Of a stretch of 64,000 nucleotides of DNA, positions 48,401 through 59,686 are shown in pieces; within the stretch, counting starts at the first letter, position 1, and each line of letters begins with the position of its first letter. The DNA lies in NCBI GenBank assembly GCA_965660145.1, contig CBFHYX010000023.1, positions 1-64,000 of the forward strand, read 5' to 3'. Made by a program: the position numbers and the translations under genes. The stretch is from Planctomycetaceae bacterium (lineage in GTDB: Bacteria > Planctomycetota > Planctomycetia > Planctomycetales > Planctomycetaceae). The notes beneath the pieces were generated by a model. The model saw only the letters and a program-made list of their open reading frames with translations, searched no databases and was not told where the DNA came from.

Positions 48401-50440
48401 CTAGGCTTTGCTCGGTTGAGCAGCCGGTTCGGTTTTGGGTTTTCCGAAGTCGAGCAATTTTCGCTCTGACATTCCCCACAAACTCGAAGTGATAAAATAC
48501 AGACACAATCCTGCGGGAACGCGATAAAACAGAAAGCCCATCACCACCATCATCATGTTCATCATCTTGTATTGCATCGCTTGCTCATCGGACTCAGGAG
48601 GAGGCATAAACAATCGCTGCTGTGCGATGAACAGAAAGATGGTCAGGATCGGCAGCAAATTGAAGCTCTGCCCGAGAAATGGCAGGGCCATTGGCATTTG
48701 AAACAGAGCGTCAGGCGCGGCGAGATTATCAATCCACAGAAAAGGAGCCAACCGCAAATCGACAGACGAACTGATAGCGGTATAGAGACTGATAAAGATC
48801 GGAAACTGCAACAGCAGTGGTAAGCAACCCGCGAGCGGATTGTAATTGTGCTTGCGAAACAGTTCCATCTGAGCCCGCGCCTGTTTCTCTTTGTCTTTGG
48901 CGTATTTCTTCTTGAGTTCTTTGAGCTTGGGCTGAAGCTCTTTCATCTTTTTCGCGCCCAGAGCCTGCTTACGGGACAGAGGATACAAACAGCTTCGAAC
49001 CATGATCGTCAAAACGACAATGGCGATTCCATAGGGGAGGCCCATGAGATGTAACCAGTTCAACACTTTGAGCATCACGCTCGCAAACACTCCCATACGA
49101 CCATAATCGAGAATCGAATCGGCTTGCATGCCGGTCAAGAGAACTTCTCGCTTCGGTCCGGCAAACAGAGACACCTGGTGCTGAACGACATCTGCAGCAG
49201 ATCCGTCCTGATGCAATTCGCCTTTTGGCTCTAACTCGAACAACTTCGATTGCAACACCACCGACAGATCGCTGTGATTGTCGTCTTTTTCTCGCTGGAG
49301 GAGCATTGGCATCGCAGAAGTGTATGTCTGGTTGGTGTTCTGATCTTCCACCGGAACAATCAAAGCGGCGAAATACTGAATATCAACTCCAATGTATCTC
49401 ATCGGAGCGTTCCAGACTTCAGGCTCGTTCTCATCGACCGAATCGACCAAATCCGCCGCCGTCAACACTTCACTCTCAACACTCCCATCGTCTTGCAGAA
49501 AGCCAATGGCAACCTGGCGAAACTTACGAGTGTTCTCTCGGTTTTCCAGAGGAACACCGACTGGTCCTTGTAAATGATAGACGAAGGATTGTTGCTCCTC
49601 GGTTAAGTTGCGAGCCTTCACCTCCATCAAAAGCTCGTAACCAGCAGCATCTCTCATTCGTGCTTCTTCGAGCTCTTCGCCTGATTTGTCGGAAGGAGTC
49701 AGTTTGAAGGTTTTGAAAACTTCAATACCGAGGCCAGAATAGACCGAACGGAATGTGACCGATGTATTCACACCCGGATGCTCCGCGTCTTCTTCGATCA
49801 AATCTTTACCATTTTCATCCTTGGCAACTTGCCACTCATTCAATCCCTCAGCATCTTTGATGGAGATCAACTCTTGCTCTTCATCGTAAAAAACAGTTCC
49901 CAGTGTTGGCGGGAATTCATTGTTGGACTCGATCAACGAAAGAGATTGATCAGTATCGTCCAATTTGCGATAGCGAGGGTCGCTGAGTTTAAGACTGAGA
50001 ATACCCGCACCCTGACTAGTCAATTCCACCTGCATAAAATAGCCGGTTTCGGGCTTGTCGCTCCCCAAAGTGATATTCCGATGCTCAACTTTGTCTGGCC
50101 AATCGGCGACAAGTTTCTCGGGTTTTTCTGCTTCAGGTGTTTCCTTAACGATGGGCTGTTTGGAAGGAGCATTCTCGCTGTCCGGTTTCGCTGGGACATT
50201 TTCCTCAACAGCTTCGGTCGTTTTGGGATCCGTATCGCCGGCTTTCGCAACAACGGGTTCTTCTGCGGAATCGTCGGTCGATTCTTCCGTGGCGATTTCG
50301 TCTTTTGGCTGTTGTGCCTCCTCTTGCTCAGCAGGAGGCTTTTGCGGAAGCGGCATCAAGATCGGGGCCAGAAAATTGGTCCAGACAACCAGGATCGCCA
50401 TCGACGAGACAAAGAAAAGTAGCAGGCGTCGTTGTTCCAT
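48401..50440 (-). CDS. yidC: membrane protein insertase YidC with long acidic/proline-rich N-terminal periplasmic insertion
   Basis: C-terminal GCLPLLLQFPIFISLYTAISSSV and YidC/Oxa1 core. 679 aa. Residues ~30-130 are low-complexity P/E/K/A-rich. Confidence 0.9.
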   Translation of the reverse strand: MEQRRLLLFFVSSMAILVVWTNFLAPILMPLPQKPPAEQEEAQQPKDEIATEESTDDSAEEPVVAKAGDTDPKTTEAVEENVPAKPDSENAPSKQPIVKETPEAEKPEKLVADWPDKVEHRNITLGSDKPETGYFMQVELTSQGAGILSLKLSDPRYRKLDDTDQSLSLIESNNEFPPTLGTVFYDEEQELISIKDAEGLNEWQVAKDENGKDLIEEDAEHPGVNTSVTFRSVYSGLGIEVFKTFKLTPSDKSGEELEEARMRDAAGYELLMEVKARNLTEEQQSFVYHLQGPVGVPLENRENTRKFRQVAIGFLQDDGSVESEVLTAADLVDSVDENEPEVWNAPMRYIGVDIQYFAALIVPVEDQNTNQTYTSAMPMLLQREKDDNHSDLSVVLQSKLFELEPKGELHQDGSAADVVQHQVSLFAGPKREVLLTGMQADSILDYGRMGVFASVMLKVLNWLHLMGLPYGIAIVVLTIMVRSCLYPLSRKQALGAKKMKELQPKLKELKKKYAKDKEKQARAQMELFRKHNYNPLAGCLPLLLQFPIFISLYTAISSSVDLRLAPFLWIDNLAAPDALFQMPMALPFLGQSFNLLPILTIFLFIAQQRLFMPPPESDEQAMQYKMMNMMMVVMGFLFYRVPAGLCLYFITSSLWGMSERKLLDFGKPKTEPAAQPSKA

Positions 50441-50536
50441 GAGTCAAGCTGTTCGGTGATGAGGGTAACCGGTTGGTCTGTGAGGCAAGATGCAGCCGGT
50501 TCAGCATCAGCAATAGAAACCGAGTGTGAACGTTAA

Positions 50537-51409
50537 TTAACGTCCTTCTCGTAAACGGTTTCCGAGGAAATTATCAAGATCGGGGATGTCGTAGATTTTG
50601 GTCGCGGTTTTCTCGTTGTCATATTCAACACGGCGGAACTGAACTTCATCACCGTCAATAATGACGTAGGACGAACGACAGTCGCCATTCCGAGGTTGTC
50701 CGACAGATCCCACATTGATCATGACCTTTTGATCGGTCAGAGTGTATTTGAAATCAATATCTTCAGGAGCCAGAAAAGTCATATCTTCGCGGAATACACC
50801 CGGAATGTGAGTGTGTCCCTGAAAACAATACTTCTCGATCAGCGAAAAGATTTTTTCCATTTTACGAGAGTTATAGATGTCTTCGGGGAAGACATATTCA
50901 TTCAGTGGATTACGTGCCGACCCATGGACAAACATGAATTCGCCTTCACGAATCACGCGTGTCAATTCCCCAAGAAACTCCCACCGTTTTTCGTTGTCGC
51001 GGCCTGAACCCTGTTCAAGCATTTTACGAGTCCAGAAAATGGCGCGTTCCGCCCCGGGATTAAATCCCTCGGGATCGAACAACGCTGCTTGATCGTGGTT
51101 TCCCAAAATGCAACCAGTCAGGCCCATGATCTTGTCGATACATTCGCAAGGGTTTGGGCCGTAACCGATGATGTCTCCCAAGCAGTAGACTTCGTCTACG
51201 CCATGAGATTTAATGTCGGCCAACACTGCAGTGAGTGCTTCTAAGTTGCCGTGAATGTCGCTAATCAGGGCTCGCAAAACCGATTCTCTCCTCGCAGCGT
51301 CCGTAAACTCATCGCTGCAGATATGCCATATTGTGGTCAAGTAGTGATTGTGAACGGACTTGTGCAAAGGGTCAAGTTCGGGAGCAGAATTCCCTTGTCC
51401 ATATCCCAA
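50537..51409 (-). CDS. metallophosphoesterase (calcineurin-like) family protein
   Basis: [11 protein letters not shown]...[10 protein letters not shown]...GNHD...GHTH motifs. Start codon uncertain: TTG at 51409, and no in-frame ATG near the conserved N-terminus. Confidence 0.8.
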   Translation of the reverse strand: MGYGQGNSAPELDPLHKSVHNHYLTTIWHICSDEFTDAARRESVLRALISDIHGNLEALTAVLADIKSHGVDEVYCLGDIIGYGPNPCECIDKIMGLTGCILGNHDQAALFDPEGFNPGAERAIFWTRKMLEQGSGRDNEKRWEFLGELTRVIREGEFMFVHGSARNPLNEYVFPEDIYNSRKMEKIFSLIEKYCFQGHTHIPGVFREDMTFLAPEDIDFKYTLTDQKVMINVGSVGQPRNGDCRSSYVIIDGDEVQFRRVEYDNEKTATKIYDIPDLDNFLGNRLREGR

Positions 51410-51710
51410 AGTACGAGAAACAACCCGGACTGGATCCCTTCAAGTATTCCAGACCGATCATATTCTCGAAATTTCACATCTCGCCACCCCATCACGCCTT
51501 AGGGAAAATCACTACACGCCGGTAATTGACATAATCCACACAACCGCGACAATAGAGATGATGTTGCAACTCTGCATCATCGGAGTAAATTCGCATGTTG
51601 CCTGAGTGCAACTTGTGATCTATGTTTGCTCGATAGACGGGAAGAGGTCCCTAAATTAGGGTTTAAGAACTTTTCGACCACGATCCCACGGGGAATCAAG
51701 AGAGACAGTC

Positions 51711-53111
51711 ATACAAGCATCAAGAAAAGGGGCCATTCTGGTCGTCGATGATGATCGCGATATTCGGCTGGCAATTGCCGAATATCTGCGAGAATGAGGT
51801 CATCGTGCAGAAACCGCCAACGATTATCGAGATGCGCTCACCCGACTGGAAGAAGCTCGATTTGATGTCGTCATCACAGATGTTGCCATTGGGACTCCCG
51901 ATGGTTTTGATCTACTGGAGTGGACGGTCGAAAATGTTCCAGAAACCTCAATCATCATGCTGACCGGGTATGGGACTATCGAGTCAGCCGTCGAAGCGAT
52001 GCGGATCGGTGCTTTTGAGTACCTCACCAAACCCGTAATCGACGAAGAGCTGGAGATGATTATTCAAAGAGCGCTCAAGCAGCGTCATATCGAAGATGAA
52101 AATCGTATCCTGAAGGCTCTACTCGACAAGAAACATGGCATTTCCAACATCGTCGGCAATGATATTCGAATGTCGAAACTATTTGACATGATCCAAAGTG
52201 TTGCCGACACCCGGACCACTGTTCTCATTCGGGGGTAAAGTGTCACCGGAAAATCGATGACTGCCCGCGAAATTCATCAGATGAGTGGTCGACGAGATAA
52301 ACCGTTCATCGAAATTTCATGTGGCGCATTGCTGGAAACATTGCTGGAGTCCGAATTATTCGGACATGTCTCTGGCTCTTTCACCGGTGCCTCTCACGAC
52401 AAACAAGAGAAATTTATGCTCGCGAATGGCGGGACACTTTTTCTTGACGAGATCGCCACTGCCTCTCCAGCACTTCAGGTTAAGTTATTACGAGTGCTGC
52501 AAGATCGAGAATTTGAACCGGTTGGCAGTGAGAAGACACACAAGGTCGATGTTCGCTTGATTCTGGCAACCAACCAAAATCTGGAAGAAATGGTCGAGAC
52601 AGGTGAGTTTCGGCAAGACCTCTACTACCGCATTAATGTGATCACCATCGAACAACCTCCGTTACGAGAGCGTTCGGGAGACATTCCTCTATTGGTCGAT
52701 CACTACACCAACGTCTTCAATCAACAAAATGGAAAAAACATTGAAGGGTTCAACGAGGAAGCCATCGATGCTTTACTTAGATATGACTGGCCCGGCAATG
52801 TTCGTGAACTTGTCAATGTGATCGAGAGAGCCGTTGTTCTGACACGCACTCCCGTGATAACTATTTCCGAACTGCCCGAAGTGGTTCGAGACAATCGCGG
52901 CTATCGCGCCCCGTCTGCCGACGACCTCGAAAATTCTTCTCTGAAAGAAGCCTTGGCGAACCCGGAACGTCATCTGATCATTAACGCGCTGGACTCAAAT
53001 GGTTGGAATCGTCAAAAAACCGCGGAAACTCTCGGTATCAATCGAACGACGTTGTACAAAAAAATGAAGAAGTACGACATCCGATACGAACACGAACACA
53101 GTTATCAGTGA
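51711..53111 (+). pseudogene. sigma-54-dependent response regulator (NtrC/AtoC family) inactivated by two in-frame stop codons, with no identifiable start codon
   Basis: A single frame encodes a receiver domain (KGAILVVDDDRDIRLAIAEYLRE*GH...[11 protein letters not shown]...IIMLTGYG), an AAA+ sigma-54 domain (LIRG*SVTGKS...GAFTGA-like SFTGAS...ESELFGH) and a Fis HTH ([21 protein letters not shown]). TGA lies at 51795-51797 and TAA at 52236-52238 (Walker A position). Confidence 0.75.
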
Positions 53112-54862
53112 GTCGCGGCTGGCTCGTGCGACTTCCAGTCAAGTAATCGCAGTTCCACACTTTCACGTCCGCGAAATGAATTGATCATCGGCTCAAAGCT
53201 GATCAGAATCGGACCGGACTGCTGATTCAATTCCTCCGCCCACTCACCGCGACCGAACGCAATGGCGCGAAGTTGTGTCCCGTTCTGTTGGAATTGCACA
53301 TTCAGATGTCGCCCCCCCTCTCCCATCGTCGCAGCCGGCTTTGCTAAGACCACCTGACCAGAGGCAAAGACAGGGCTCGGGTTCTCCTGCCCGAAAGGCC
53401 CCAGAAGATTCAACTCATGAATGGCACGATAGGTCACGTCCGACAGCAACACCTCGGCATCAATCTTCAAATCTTCCACCATCTCGGCTCGATCGTGCTT
53501 CTCGGCGACAAACGCAGAAAACTGTTCGCGGAACTCGTCGACATGATCTGCACGAATTCTTAATCCGGCTGCCGCTTTATGGCCACCACAACCTTCCAGA
53601 AGTTCTTGACAAGCCATCATCGCGGAGTGGAGATCCACATGCCCGGAAGTTCTCCCGGATCCTTGTCCAATTTTTGTCGCGCTGTCCATGGCAATCAAAA
53701 ACGTCGGTTTGCTGAAATGTTCGGCCACCCTGTTGGCGACAATTCCAATCACTCCCGGATGCCAGTCATCGTCTGCAATCACGATGGCCGAGTGAGAATC
53801 CCATTCAGGATGTTCTTCCACAATTTCTTTCGCACGTTTGCAAATTCGCCGTTCGACGGTTTGACGATTTTTATTAAGCTGATCGAGATAATCGGCCAAT
53901 TGTGTGGCCCGCTCTGGATCTTCAGTGGTCAACAACTCCACAGCAAGTCGCGCTTGCCCCAATCGACCCGCAGCATTCAATCGAGGACCGATTGAAAATC
54001 CCACATCTGATGCCGTATAAGATTTATTCTTTTCGATACCGCAAACTTTAATGAGGGCTTTTAATCCCGGAGATGCAAGTTCGTTGAGTCCGGCGAGACC
54101 ATAGCGCACTAACGCGCGATTCTCATCAACCAGCGGGACCACATCGGCAATCGTACCAATCGCAGCCAGACATACGGCACTCTTGAGATATTCTCGCATA
54201 TGAGCTGAGGCTTTTTTGCCGTCACCCAATCTTTGACAGATCGCCCAAGCCAACTTAAAACTGACTCCCGCACCGCAAAGATCACCAAACGGATATTGGC
54301 TGCCCGGCAATCGTGGGTGTACCAAAACTTTTGCGTCGGGCAGTTGATCAACCATTTGATGATGGTCTGTGATGATGAGATCGAGTCCCAGCTCTTTTGC
54401 CAATGCGGCTTCTTCAACACTCGTAATCCCGCAATCGACAGAAATCAGTAATCGCTTGGGATCCTGTTCATGCAATTCGCGAATCGCATCACAATTGATG
54501 CCGTACCCTTCTTCGAGACGAGACGGGATATAGTAATCCACCTCGCCACCTGCCAGCTTCAAGCAATGCCACAAGATGCTTGTCGAAGTCATCCCGTCAA
54601 CGTCATAATCTCCATAGATGGTGATTCGTCGTTTTTCTTTCAATGCAGCGATCACCAGATCCGCCGCGTCGCTGATTCCCGGCAGAAGCTCTGGGTCATG
54701 AAGATCGGTCAACTTGGAATTGATGAACTTCCCAGCAGTCTCTTTAGAGGGGTAACCGCGGGCAATCAATACCTGAGCAAGCAACGGAGAGACGCGCATC
54801 TCGCGACAGAGATCTCCCACTCGACCTTGGTCATGCTGTTCGTAGTGCCAGATTCGAGGCAT
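53105..54862 (-). CDS. recJ: single-stranded-DNA-specific exonuclease RecJ
   Basis: DHH motifs ([29 protein letters not shown]) and DHHA1 region. ATG at 54862. Confidence 0.9.
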   Translation of the reverse strand: MPRIWHYEQHDQGRVGDLCREMRVSPLLAQVLIARGYPSKETAGKFINSKLTDLHDPELLPGISDAADLVIAALKEKRRITIYGDYDVDGMTSTSILWHCLKLAGGEVDYYIPSRLEEGYGINCDAIRELHEQDPKRLLISVDCGITSVEEAALAKELGLDLIITDHHQMVDQLPDAKVLVHPRLPGSQYPFGDLCGAGVSFKLAWAICQRLGDGKKASAHMREYLKSAVCLAAIGTIADVVPLVDENRALVRYGLAGLNELASPGLKALIKVCGIEKNKSYTASDVGFSIGPRLNAAGRLGQARLAVELLTTEDPERATQLADYLDQLNKNRQTVERRICKRAKEIVEEHPEWDSHSAIVIADDDWHPGVIGIVANRVAEHFSKPTFLIAMDSATKIGQGSGRTSGHVDLHSAMMACQELLEGCGGHKAAAGLRIRADHVDEFREQFSAFVAEKHDRAEMVEDLKIDAEVLLSDVTYRAIHELNLLGPFGQENPSPVFASGQVVLAKPAATMGEGGRHLNVQFQQNGTQLRAIAFGRGEWAEELNQQSGPILISFEPMINSFRGRESVELRLLDWKSHEPAATH

Positions 54863-55153
54863 GAGTGATCCGTTCTTCCGTGTCGGAAACAATGAAGCAG
54901 TGAAGACTTGCGTTCCGGCAAAGAAGCCGGAGAGCCTATTTAAGCGACATCTTTGCTTCCTGTCAAAGACTCCCCTGTTGTGGATTGTGTTTGTCAAACT
55001 GAAATTCCATAATGGAATCCCCTTTAAACAACTCGCGACTCTGCGAGCGAATGCCATTATCTAGTACAATAGATTCCAAGTGCGACAGACTCATCGATCA
55101 TCAGAATCTCTGAATATTCACAGCTCTCCTTCCATCGAACGAATCGGTTGCAC

Positions 55154-56628
55154 ATGCCCAGTTATCGACTCGCTGCGCTGCTGATATTTCTAATCTGCTT
55201 CAATTCCTGCGGGATCGTTGATGCCGGGGAGCCGGCAATTCTTACACCAGAGAAGAAAGCCTTAGTAGGCATCGTTAATCAGAGATTGGAAACTGATTGG
55301 GAAGCCGCTCTCAAAATATGGAATTTGGCCGAGCCCGGCTACCGGGAAGAGCAATCAGCGCACCTGTTATCACAGATGCTATCGGACGCTAATTTCGAGA
55401 TCGAAGCGAAGGTCGCGGGAATCCCCACAGCATTCATCGCATCGATGAAAATCGGAGAAGGAAAGCCGGTACTCGCCTTCCTTGCCGAGTTTGATGCATT
55501 ACCGGGTCTGTCACAGACGGCCGTGCCTTATCGACAAAAACGTGAGGGCTCCCAATATGGTCATGCCTGTGGTCATCATTTGTTTGGTGTTGCTTCGACT
55601 TCGGCAGCTATCAGTCTCGCAGCCTACATGAAAGCGAACAAGATCCCGGGAACGATCAAACTTTATGGATGTCCGGCGGAAGAAGGAGGCTCAGCAAAAG
55701 CGTTCATGGTCAGAGAGGGTCTGTTTGACGATTGTGATGCCGTGTTACATTGGCACCCCAGTAGCGTGAACTCTGCCGGTGATCGCAGCACGCTCGCAAG
55801 GCTTGCGGCGAAATTTCGTTTCCATGGAAAAGCGGCTCACGCAGCGGGAGCCCCGGAACAGGGACGATCAGCACTCGACGCGGTCGAGTTAATGAATCAC
55901 GCCAGTCAACTGTTGCGCGAACACACTCCCGAGGGAACTCGAATCCATCATGTCATCACCTCTGGCGGTGAAGCGCCTAACGTCGTTCCCGAATTCGCAG
56001 AAGTTTACTATTACATCCGACATCCTGAATCGCAGATTGTCAAAAAACTTTACCAACGGTTGGAATTGTGTGCTCAAGCCGGAGCCTTGGCGACAGAGAC
56101 GAAGCTGGAAATCAATTACCAAGGAGGGATTGCAGAATTTTCCCCAACAACACCTTGGCACAAGTCACCATGCGAAACTTGAGACTTTTGAATGATCTGA
56201 CGTATTCGGAAGACCAACTACAATTTGCTCTAAAAATCCAAGAGTCGCTTCATAAACCACAACCCATGACACAACTACAACAAGTGATCGACAAAAGTGG
56301 AACTGTCGGGAAAGGTTCCACTGATGTCGGAGACGTTTCCTGGGTCGTACCCACCACGGGTTTCACGACCTCTTGTTGGGTTCCCGGAACACCGGGTCAC
56401 TCTTGGCAAGCAGTCGCGTGTGGAGGGACAACTATCGCGAAACAGGGAATGAACCTTGCCACGCGAGTTCTCGCGGTCTCTGGCCTCGATCTTTTGATCA
56501 CCAAAGGACTCATCGAAACAGCTCAACAGGAACATCTTCGGCGTTTAGGGCAGCGTGAGTACGAGTCTCTTTTGAAGCCCGATCAGAAACCACCGCTCAA
56601 TTATCGCAAAACTCCTGAACGCAATTAA
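55154..56628 (+). CDS. M20-family amidohydrolase (AbgB/HipO-like) with signal peptide, interrupted by a 1-nt frameshift in the ttttcccc run at 56138-56145
   Basis: N-terminal ORF (frame 2) ends ...INYQGGIAEF. Overlapping frame-1 ORF continues PNNTLAQVTMRNLRLL...GSTDVGDVSWVVPTTGFTTSCWVPGTPGHSWQAVACGG. Restoring one T or C gives a contiguous ~490-aa AbgB-like protein. Confidence 0.7.
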
Positions 56629-56650
56629 CCAGTGCAGTCATGAGCAGTGA

Positions 56651-57196
56651 TTAAGCACCCGGCCACAACGCGGCAAACACCAAACCTGTCACCAAGGCGT
56701 AAGCAACCTTATCGATTAGGTCCATCGCGATTTTGCGTTTGAACCAGAACACTCCGGGAAAGATTCCCGCACAGTGTACCAACAGGCCGGCGGTCATCGC
56801 AAACTGAAACACTTTCATAAACTCCGCACCCGGCAACAATGCCAACGATGCCAGATACCCGATACAGAACGCGGCGATCATGAAGAACCCCAGTGTTTGA
56901 CCGATGGCAATCCCCATATTGGGAGGTTTTTCCCAGACTGTGATTGTTCCTCGGCAGCGATTCACTTTCTTTTGATACTCTTCGCTCTTCATCTCTTGGG
57001 GATTATCCGCGTAAGGATAAAGATATTGTCCAGGCGGGACCGAATTCTTTTCGACGAGGTCTAATAGTTCATCTTGAGCGGGAATCTCCTGCCAGTCCGA
57101 CTTGTGGTGGGGCAGCACCATCCACGCCAGCGTACTCATAATGTGAGTCGCCAACCCCGTTGCCAAAATTGGAAGCCAGAGATCGTAAACGGTCAT
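56651..57196 (-). CDS. hypothetical polytopic membrane protein
   Basis: Four or five hydrophobic helices. Last gene of the apparent AIM24 operon. Confidence 0.6.
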   Translation of the reverse strand: MTVYDLWLPILATGLATHIMSTLAWMVLPHHKSDWQEIPAQDELLDLVEKNSVPPGQYLYPYADNPQEMKSEEYQKKVNRCRGTITVWEKPPNMGIAIGQTLGFFMIAAFCIGYLASLALLPGAEFMKVFQFAMTAGLLVHCAGIFPGVFWFKRKIAMDLIDKVAYALVTGLVFAALWPGA

Positions 57197-57299
57197 GCTA
57201 ACAGTGTCCTGTCTCTGCGTAATAGTGATTCCGATTCGCAGAATCACCATTGCCGAAAATTGAGGGGAATAAGACTTTACGACTCAGATAATCACATGT

Positions 57300-58019
57300 T
57301 CAATTATTGTTCTTGGTGGGGCGGAACGGATGAATCCAACTGAGAAACGGATTGACGGCCCGCGTTTGAATCCAAATCTTCCCCTGCCCCGAGAACTTAC
57401 AAACAAGTCCTTCTCCACCAAAGAAGAAGCTTTTAATTTTGCTGCTCACCTTCATGCCTTCCAGAACGGTCACTCGATAGTCGAGTGTATCTTCGAAAGC
57501 GACGATGTAGCTGGTATCGACGATATACTCTTCTGTGACATCAATTTCCAAAATAGCACCATAGGAGTTGAAAAAAAGGTCTCCCGCTCCAGACGCCTTC
57601 AACAACACAAGTCCTTCACCACTGAAAAACCCTTTGGCTCCCTGCCATTTCCCCGTCAGCTCGACGCCGTCTGTGTAAGCCAGAAACGCCCCGCGTTGTA
57701 GCAAGAGGGTATTTTGGTCGAGGTGATAATGCAGGACGTCCCCCGGAGTTCCGGGAGCAAACGTCACTTCGGCGGCTCCTTGCTGAGCCGTGAAGGTGTT
57801 GATAATGAGACTCTCGCCTCCCAGCATCCGTCCCAATGTTTTCTTGAAGCCCCCCTTCATGCCGGCTTTCATATGAGCATTCGGAGTCATCGATGCCATG
57901 GATGCCGGCTCGGCGAAGATCTGTTGTCCGTCGGCAAGCTGGACACTCAGAAGTCCGAAGTCGGGACGTTGTGTGATTTCGAATTTCACGTCACTTGGCA
58001 TCTGGTCTGTAGTGGACAT
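57300..58019 (-). CDS. AIM24/TIGR00266 (DUF124) family protein, paralogue 1
   Basis: GGESLIINTFTA..., GEGLVLLKASGAGDLFFNSYG, GGEGLVCKFSGQGKIWIQ family motifs. Confidence 0.8.
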   Translation of the reverse strand: MSTTDQMPSDVKFEITQRPDFGLLSVQLADGQQIFAEPASMASMTPNAHMKAGMKGGFKKTLGRMLGGESLIINTFTAQQGAAEVTFAPGTPGDVLHYHLDQNTLLLQRGAFLAYTDGVELTGKWQGAKGFFSGEGLVLLKASGAGDLFFNSYGAILEIDVTEEYIVDTSYIVAFEDTLDYRVTVLEGMKVSSKIKSFFFGGEGLVCKFSGQGKIWIQTRAVNPFLSWIHPFRPTKNNN

Positions 58020-58082
58020 GATTGACGATCCTCAAAAGTATGTGATGTTTCAGGCAGTTAGATGTGTCGCTTTGGAACCGAT

Positions 58083-58122
58083 AGTCTTACCGAGGTCTTA
58101 ATAGTTTTACCGAGGTCTTAAT
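58083..58122. repeat. 20-bp tandem direct repeat (2 copies, 19/20 identical)
   Basis: agtcttaccgaggtcttaat / agttttaccgaggtcttaat. The second copy contains the last codons and stop of AIM24 paralogue 2. Confidence 0.6.
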
Positions 58123-58790
58123 TGTGGACCCAGTAATTTTCCGAAGGAGGGAGGATTATGACTTTGACAGTACAATTTACCCTGTCCTTCAAACTTACAA
58201 ACCAAACCTTCACCCCCGAGAAAACTGCCGATAAGACTTTTCCCCGCTTTACCGATTTTGAATTGGAGTGTCTCTTCAAACGCGACGATGTGTCCCGAAT
58301 CAACGGTATATTGACCGTCGATATCGACTTCATAGATGGCTCCAAAGCTGTTCAAGAATAAATCACCCGTCCCCGAGCATTTCACCCAGAACATGCTTTC
58401 GCCGCTGAATAAAGCCTTTCCGAATCCCTGCCAGGAGGCATCTACTTCAATTCCGGGATCGGAGGCTAGCCAACTCGCCCCCTGCACAATCAATGTCGCA
58501 TTATCGAGCGGGTGATAGACAACATCCCCCATGAGTGTCGGACCGAGATAGATTGATTGGTCAGGATTCTGGGCTGTAAAATGATTCAGGAAGAAGTTCT
58601 CTCCCGAGAACATTCTCTTCAAACCCTTCATCAGACCACCCTTCCCTCCCTTCTGGCGAGAGGTAGTTTCGACAGTCATTCCCGACGACATGGCAATCAT
58701 CGCGCCCACTTCACACGTCAAGGATTCTCCCTGTTCGAGGTCAACCTTGAGTACGGTTGCGGCCGGGCGAGCTTGTATTTCGTGTTGCAT
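58107..58790 (-). CDS. AIM24/TIGR00266 family protein, paralogue 2
   Basis: SGENFFLNHFTA, SGESMFWVKCSGTGDLFLNSFG, GGEGLVCKFEGQGKLYCQS. Confidence 0.8.
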   Translation of the reverse strand: MQHEIQARPAATVLKVDLEQGESLTCEVGAMIAMSSGMTVETTSRQKGGKGGLMKGLKRMFSGENFFLNHFTAQNPDQSIYLGPTLMGDVVYHPLDNATLIVQGASWLASDPGIEVDASWQGFGKALFSGESMFWVKCSGTGDLFLNSFGAIYEVDIDGQYTVDSGHIVAFEETLQFKIGKAGKSLIGSFLGGEGLVCKFEGQGKLYCQSHNPPSFGKLLGPQLRPR

Positions 58791-58866
58791 CAGTGTGTCC
58801 CCTTGTGGGTCAAAGCATCGTGATCATTATCAACATTTATCGAATGAACAAGATTAAGAAGAATGA

Positions 58867-59520
58867 CTACATGCGTGCGTTGGTCCATGCCGCCAATCCA
58901 CCGATGGAACGACTTTGCATATAGACTTTGCCTGGCCCTTTCACGCGTGTCACCAGTCCTTCTCCGCTGAAGAAACTCGAGAAGATCCCGCCAGACATTC
59001 CCACTTTCAAAGAAATCGTAGGATCGTATCCGACAAGATGCCCGGTATCGATGACGTATTCTTCGTCAATATCACGTGAGAAGATTCCTCCATAAGCGCC
59101 AAACCAGACATTTCCTGTCCCACTGACTTTCAGACGAAACAGTCCTTCGCCACCAATCAAACTGGCGAAACCAGCCCACCCCAAACCGAGTTTCACGGTC
59201 GGTTCGCAAGCAATATAGGCTCCCGGCTGAAGAAACATGGTATTGCCATCCAGCTCGAAACAATCCATGTCACCGGGGAGTGCCTGTGTGATAACAAGTG
59301 ATCCGCCCGTCTTGGTCGTGAACTCGTTCACAAACAAGGATTCCCCCCCGAAGACTCTGCGAAGGATGGCAGCAAAGAAACCGCCATTCCAGCGAGTCGA
59401 CATTTCAATGTCCGACGTCATGCTGGCCATCGCATCTGCCTCAGCAACAATGGAATCACCCGGATCCAATTTCACGCGAATGTGGGCAAAAGACGGCTTA
59501 TCTGCGATCTCTGCTTCCAT
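58867..59520 (-). CDS. AIM24/TIGR00266 family protein, paralogue 3
   Basis: GGESLFVNEFTT, GGEGLFRLKVSGTGNVWFGAYG, SGEGLVTRVKGPGKVYMQS. ATG at 59520; TTG at 59544. Confidence 0.8.
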   Translation of the reverse strand: MEAEIADKPSFAHIRVKLDPGDSIVAEADAMASMTSDIEMSTRWNGGFFAAILRRVFGGESLFVNEFTTKTGGSLVITQALPGDMDCFELDGNTMFLQPGAYIACEPTVKLGLGWAGFASLIGGEGLFRLKVSGTGNVWFGAYGGIFSRDIDEEYVIDTGHLVGYDPTISLKVGMSGGIFSSFFSGEGLVTRVKGPGKVYMQSRSIGGLAAWTNARM

Positions 59521-59686
59521 AATTTTATCCCACCTTGAATTCAAATTTTCTGGATTGGAATCAGGAATATTCTTACATCGACAAACTGTCGAACCATGAA
59601 ATCCGTCCGAATGGACACTTCAACAATATCATGGGAGTGCGAAGATCAGATTGAAAGAAAAATATGACGATTTTTCGGAAGGGTAT

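Noticed and set aside
53105-53111. 7-nt convergent overlap of the sigma-54 activator pseudogene and recJ stop codons
   Set aside because: Ordinary convergent overlap with no regulatory implication visible.
58040-58125. Possible CRISPR-like repeat
   Set aside because: Only two adjacent 20-bp copies with no spacers. Not an array.
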